DNA of 64,000 nucleotides from Cirrosporium novae-zelandiae (Eukaryota): NCBI GenBank assembly GCA_026023565.1, contig JAPETS010000018.1, positions 558,001 to 622,000 of the forward strand, read 5' to 3'. Shown piece by piece: positions 62,661 to 64,000 of this stretch (position 1 is its first letter; each line of letters starts with the position of its first letter). The notes under the pieces were generated by a model. It saw only the letters and a program-made list of their open reading frames with translations, ran no database searches and was not told where the DNA came from. The position numbers and the translations under genes were made by a program.

Positions 62661-63853
62661 TCAATTCTTAGCATCCCTCTCAGCCTCCTTCTCCAACCTC
62701 CCCTCAATCTCCACAATCGGTTTCAAAACCTCCCCATACCCCTCCCACACCTTATCCCCATCTCCCGGAAACCCTCCCTTCATAGGCGCCCTAGTCCCAT
62801 CCTTCTCCCCAAACCCCAAAACCCTAGAAATCGCCTCCTTAATCCCCACCGTGCCATACTTCGCCACAACCTCCTCCCCGCGACTCCAATAAAACTGCAA
62901 CCTCTGCAGCTCCTCCGCATTTTTAGGTGTGATTCCTCCTTCGGCGAAGTAGCGGTTGTAGAGGTGTACGATGGTGCGGGGAAATATTCCGGCAAGGCCG
63001 TCGATGGTGCCGGCGCAGTTTACTGAGAGTACGGGGAGGAGGTGCTGGCCCATTCCTGTGAAGGTGGCGAATTTTGAGCGCGGGATGGACGGGTTGCAGG
63101 CGATTTGGAGGTGGGTGGATACGTCGCCGTGGGAGAGCTTGCAGCCGACTATGTTGGGGTGGAGGGCGAGGGTGGCGAAGGTTTGGGGGGTTATGGTCAG
63201 GTTGTTGCTTACGCCTGGGTAGTGGTATCTGGAAGGGGGGAGTATTAGTGTTTGTTAGTTGGTTGATGGATAGGTTGGTGGGTTGGTTTGAGATAGAACA
63301 TGGGATATGAAATCAAATGAACCGAAAGACTTCAGAAAAAACTCACATCAAAATCGGAATAGGACTCTGCCTAGCCACAGCCTCATACCACTCAATAATC
63401 CCCTCCTGACTAACCACAGGCGCAAAATACCCCGGCGCGAGCACCATACCCCACTGGCACCCTGCCTCCTTCGCATCCCTAAGCAGCTCAACCGTGGCCC
63501 CGATCTCCTGCGTCGCTGTCCCCGCTACAATCGGATAGTCTGGAAATCCCGCCGCGTCCAGCGCAGCACGGTAGTGCTTCAGCAGCGCCATGCGCTCCGC
63601 ATTGGAGATCGCGATCGCTTCGCCCGTGGAACCGAGGACCACTTGGCCTACAATGCCGCATTTTGCTAGATACACGGCGTGCTTTGCTTGTGTTTGGAGA
63701 TCGAGGGGCGCTGCATAGCTGTTGTAGTTTTCGGCGGATTTGGGAACGAAGAAGGTCTGAGAAGGGGGTTAGTTTGTGAGAGGAGCTGGTGGCAAAGAAG
63801 GGGTCACTTGCCGGTACGGGGACATACACCCCTGGTGGTGGTGGGGAAGCCAT
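62661..63853 (-). CDS. Dihydrodipicolinate synthase-family class I aldolase (GaaC/Lga1- or HOGA-like)
   Basis: Exons 63853-63812, 63756-63347, 63228-62661. Motifs PPPGVYVPVP|TFF, LGSTGEA, IYHYPG and Schiff-base Lys in HPNIVGCKLSHG. The first intron is GC-AG. Confidence 0.9.
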
Positions 63854-64000
63854 TTCTGGGTAAGAATGAGAAGATTGTGAAGGGTGGAGAGGATGTCGGT
63901 GTCGATGTTATCTGTATCTGCGGTAAAAGTTCAGGTGAATAGTAGCAAAGTCCTCAAACACAATTAACCAAAAATAATAATAAACAAAAAAAGTATCTAA

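Overview
Eukaryotic genomic DNA from a filamentous ascomycete (Pezizomycotina-type genes with short GT-AG introns and CTRAY branch points; species not identifiable from sequence alone). I reconstructed spliced models by hand for about 22 protein-coding genes and one intron-containing tRNA-Lys(CTT). The conserved genes are VPS53, YTH1, an SDR, mitochondrial RRF, CDC26, a PST2/YCP4 quinone reductase, an HSP31/DJ-1 glyoxalase, a secreted YcaC-type isochorismatase, a TDP2-like EEP nuclease, a DHA1 MFS transporter, TVP38, RPS21, NUP85, a TinA/Msd1-like ADIP protein, cnxG/MOCS2A, cyt-4/DSS1, a Zn2Cys6 factor and a DHDPS-family aldolase. They are interleaved with AT-rich, microsatellite-rich tracts and gene relics. 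Most notable: (1) a hidden 49-codon in-frame extension behind the PST2 TGA stop ending in a Cys + CaaX lipidation signal, suggesting soluble and membrane-anchored isoforms from one gene; (2) an intronless orphan with an RCD-1/HET-Q1 gasdermin-like motif pattern and no visible partner protease; (3) an otherwise intact 6-exon HSP31 gene with ATA where the start ATG belongs; (4) recurrent C/A-rich to G/T-rich strand-skew switches running through exons; (5) relics of an NLR/NACHT-like gene and a Harbinger-type Myb/SANT gene. All family calls come from recognising motifs by eye; no searches were run.
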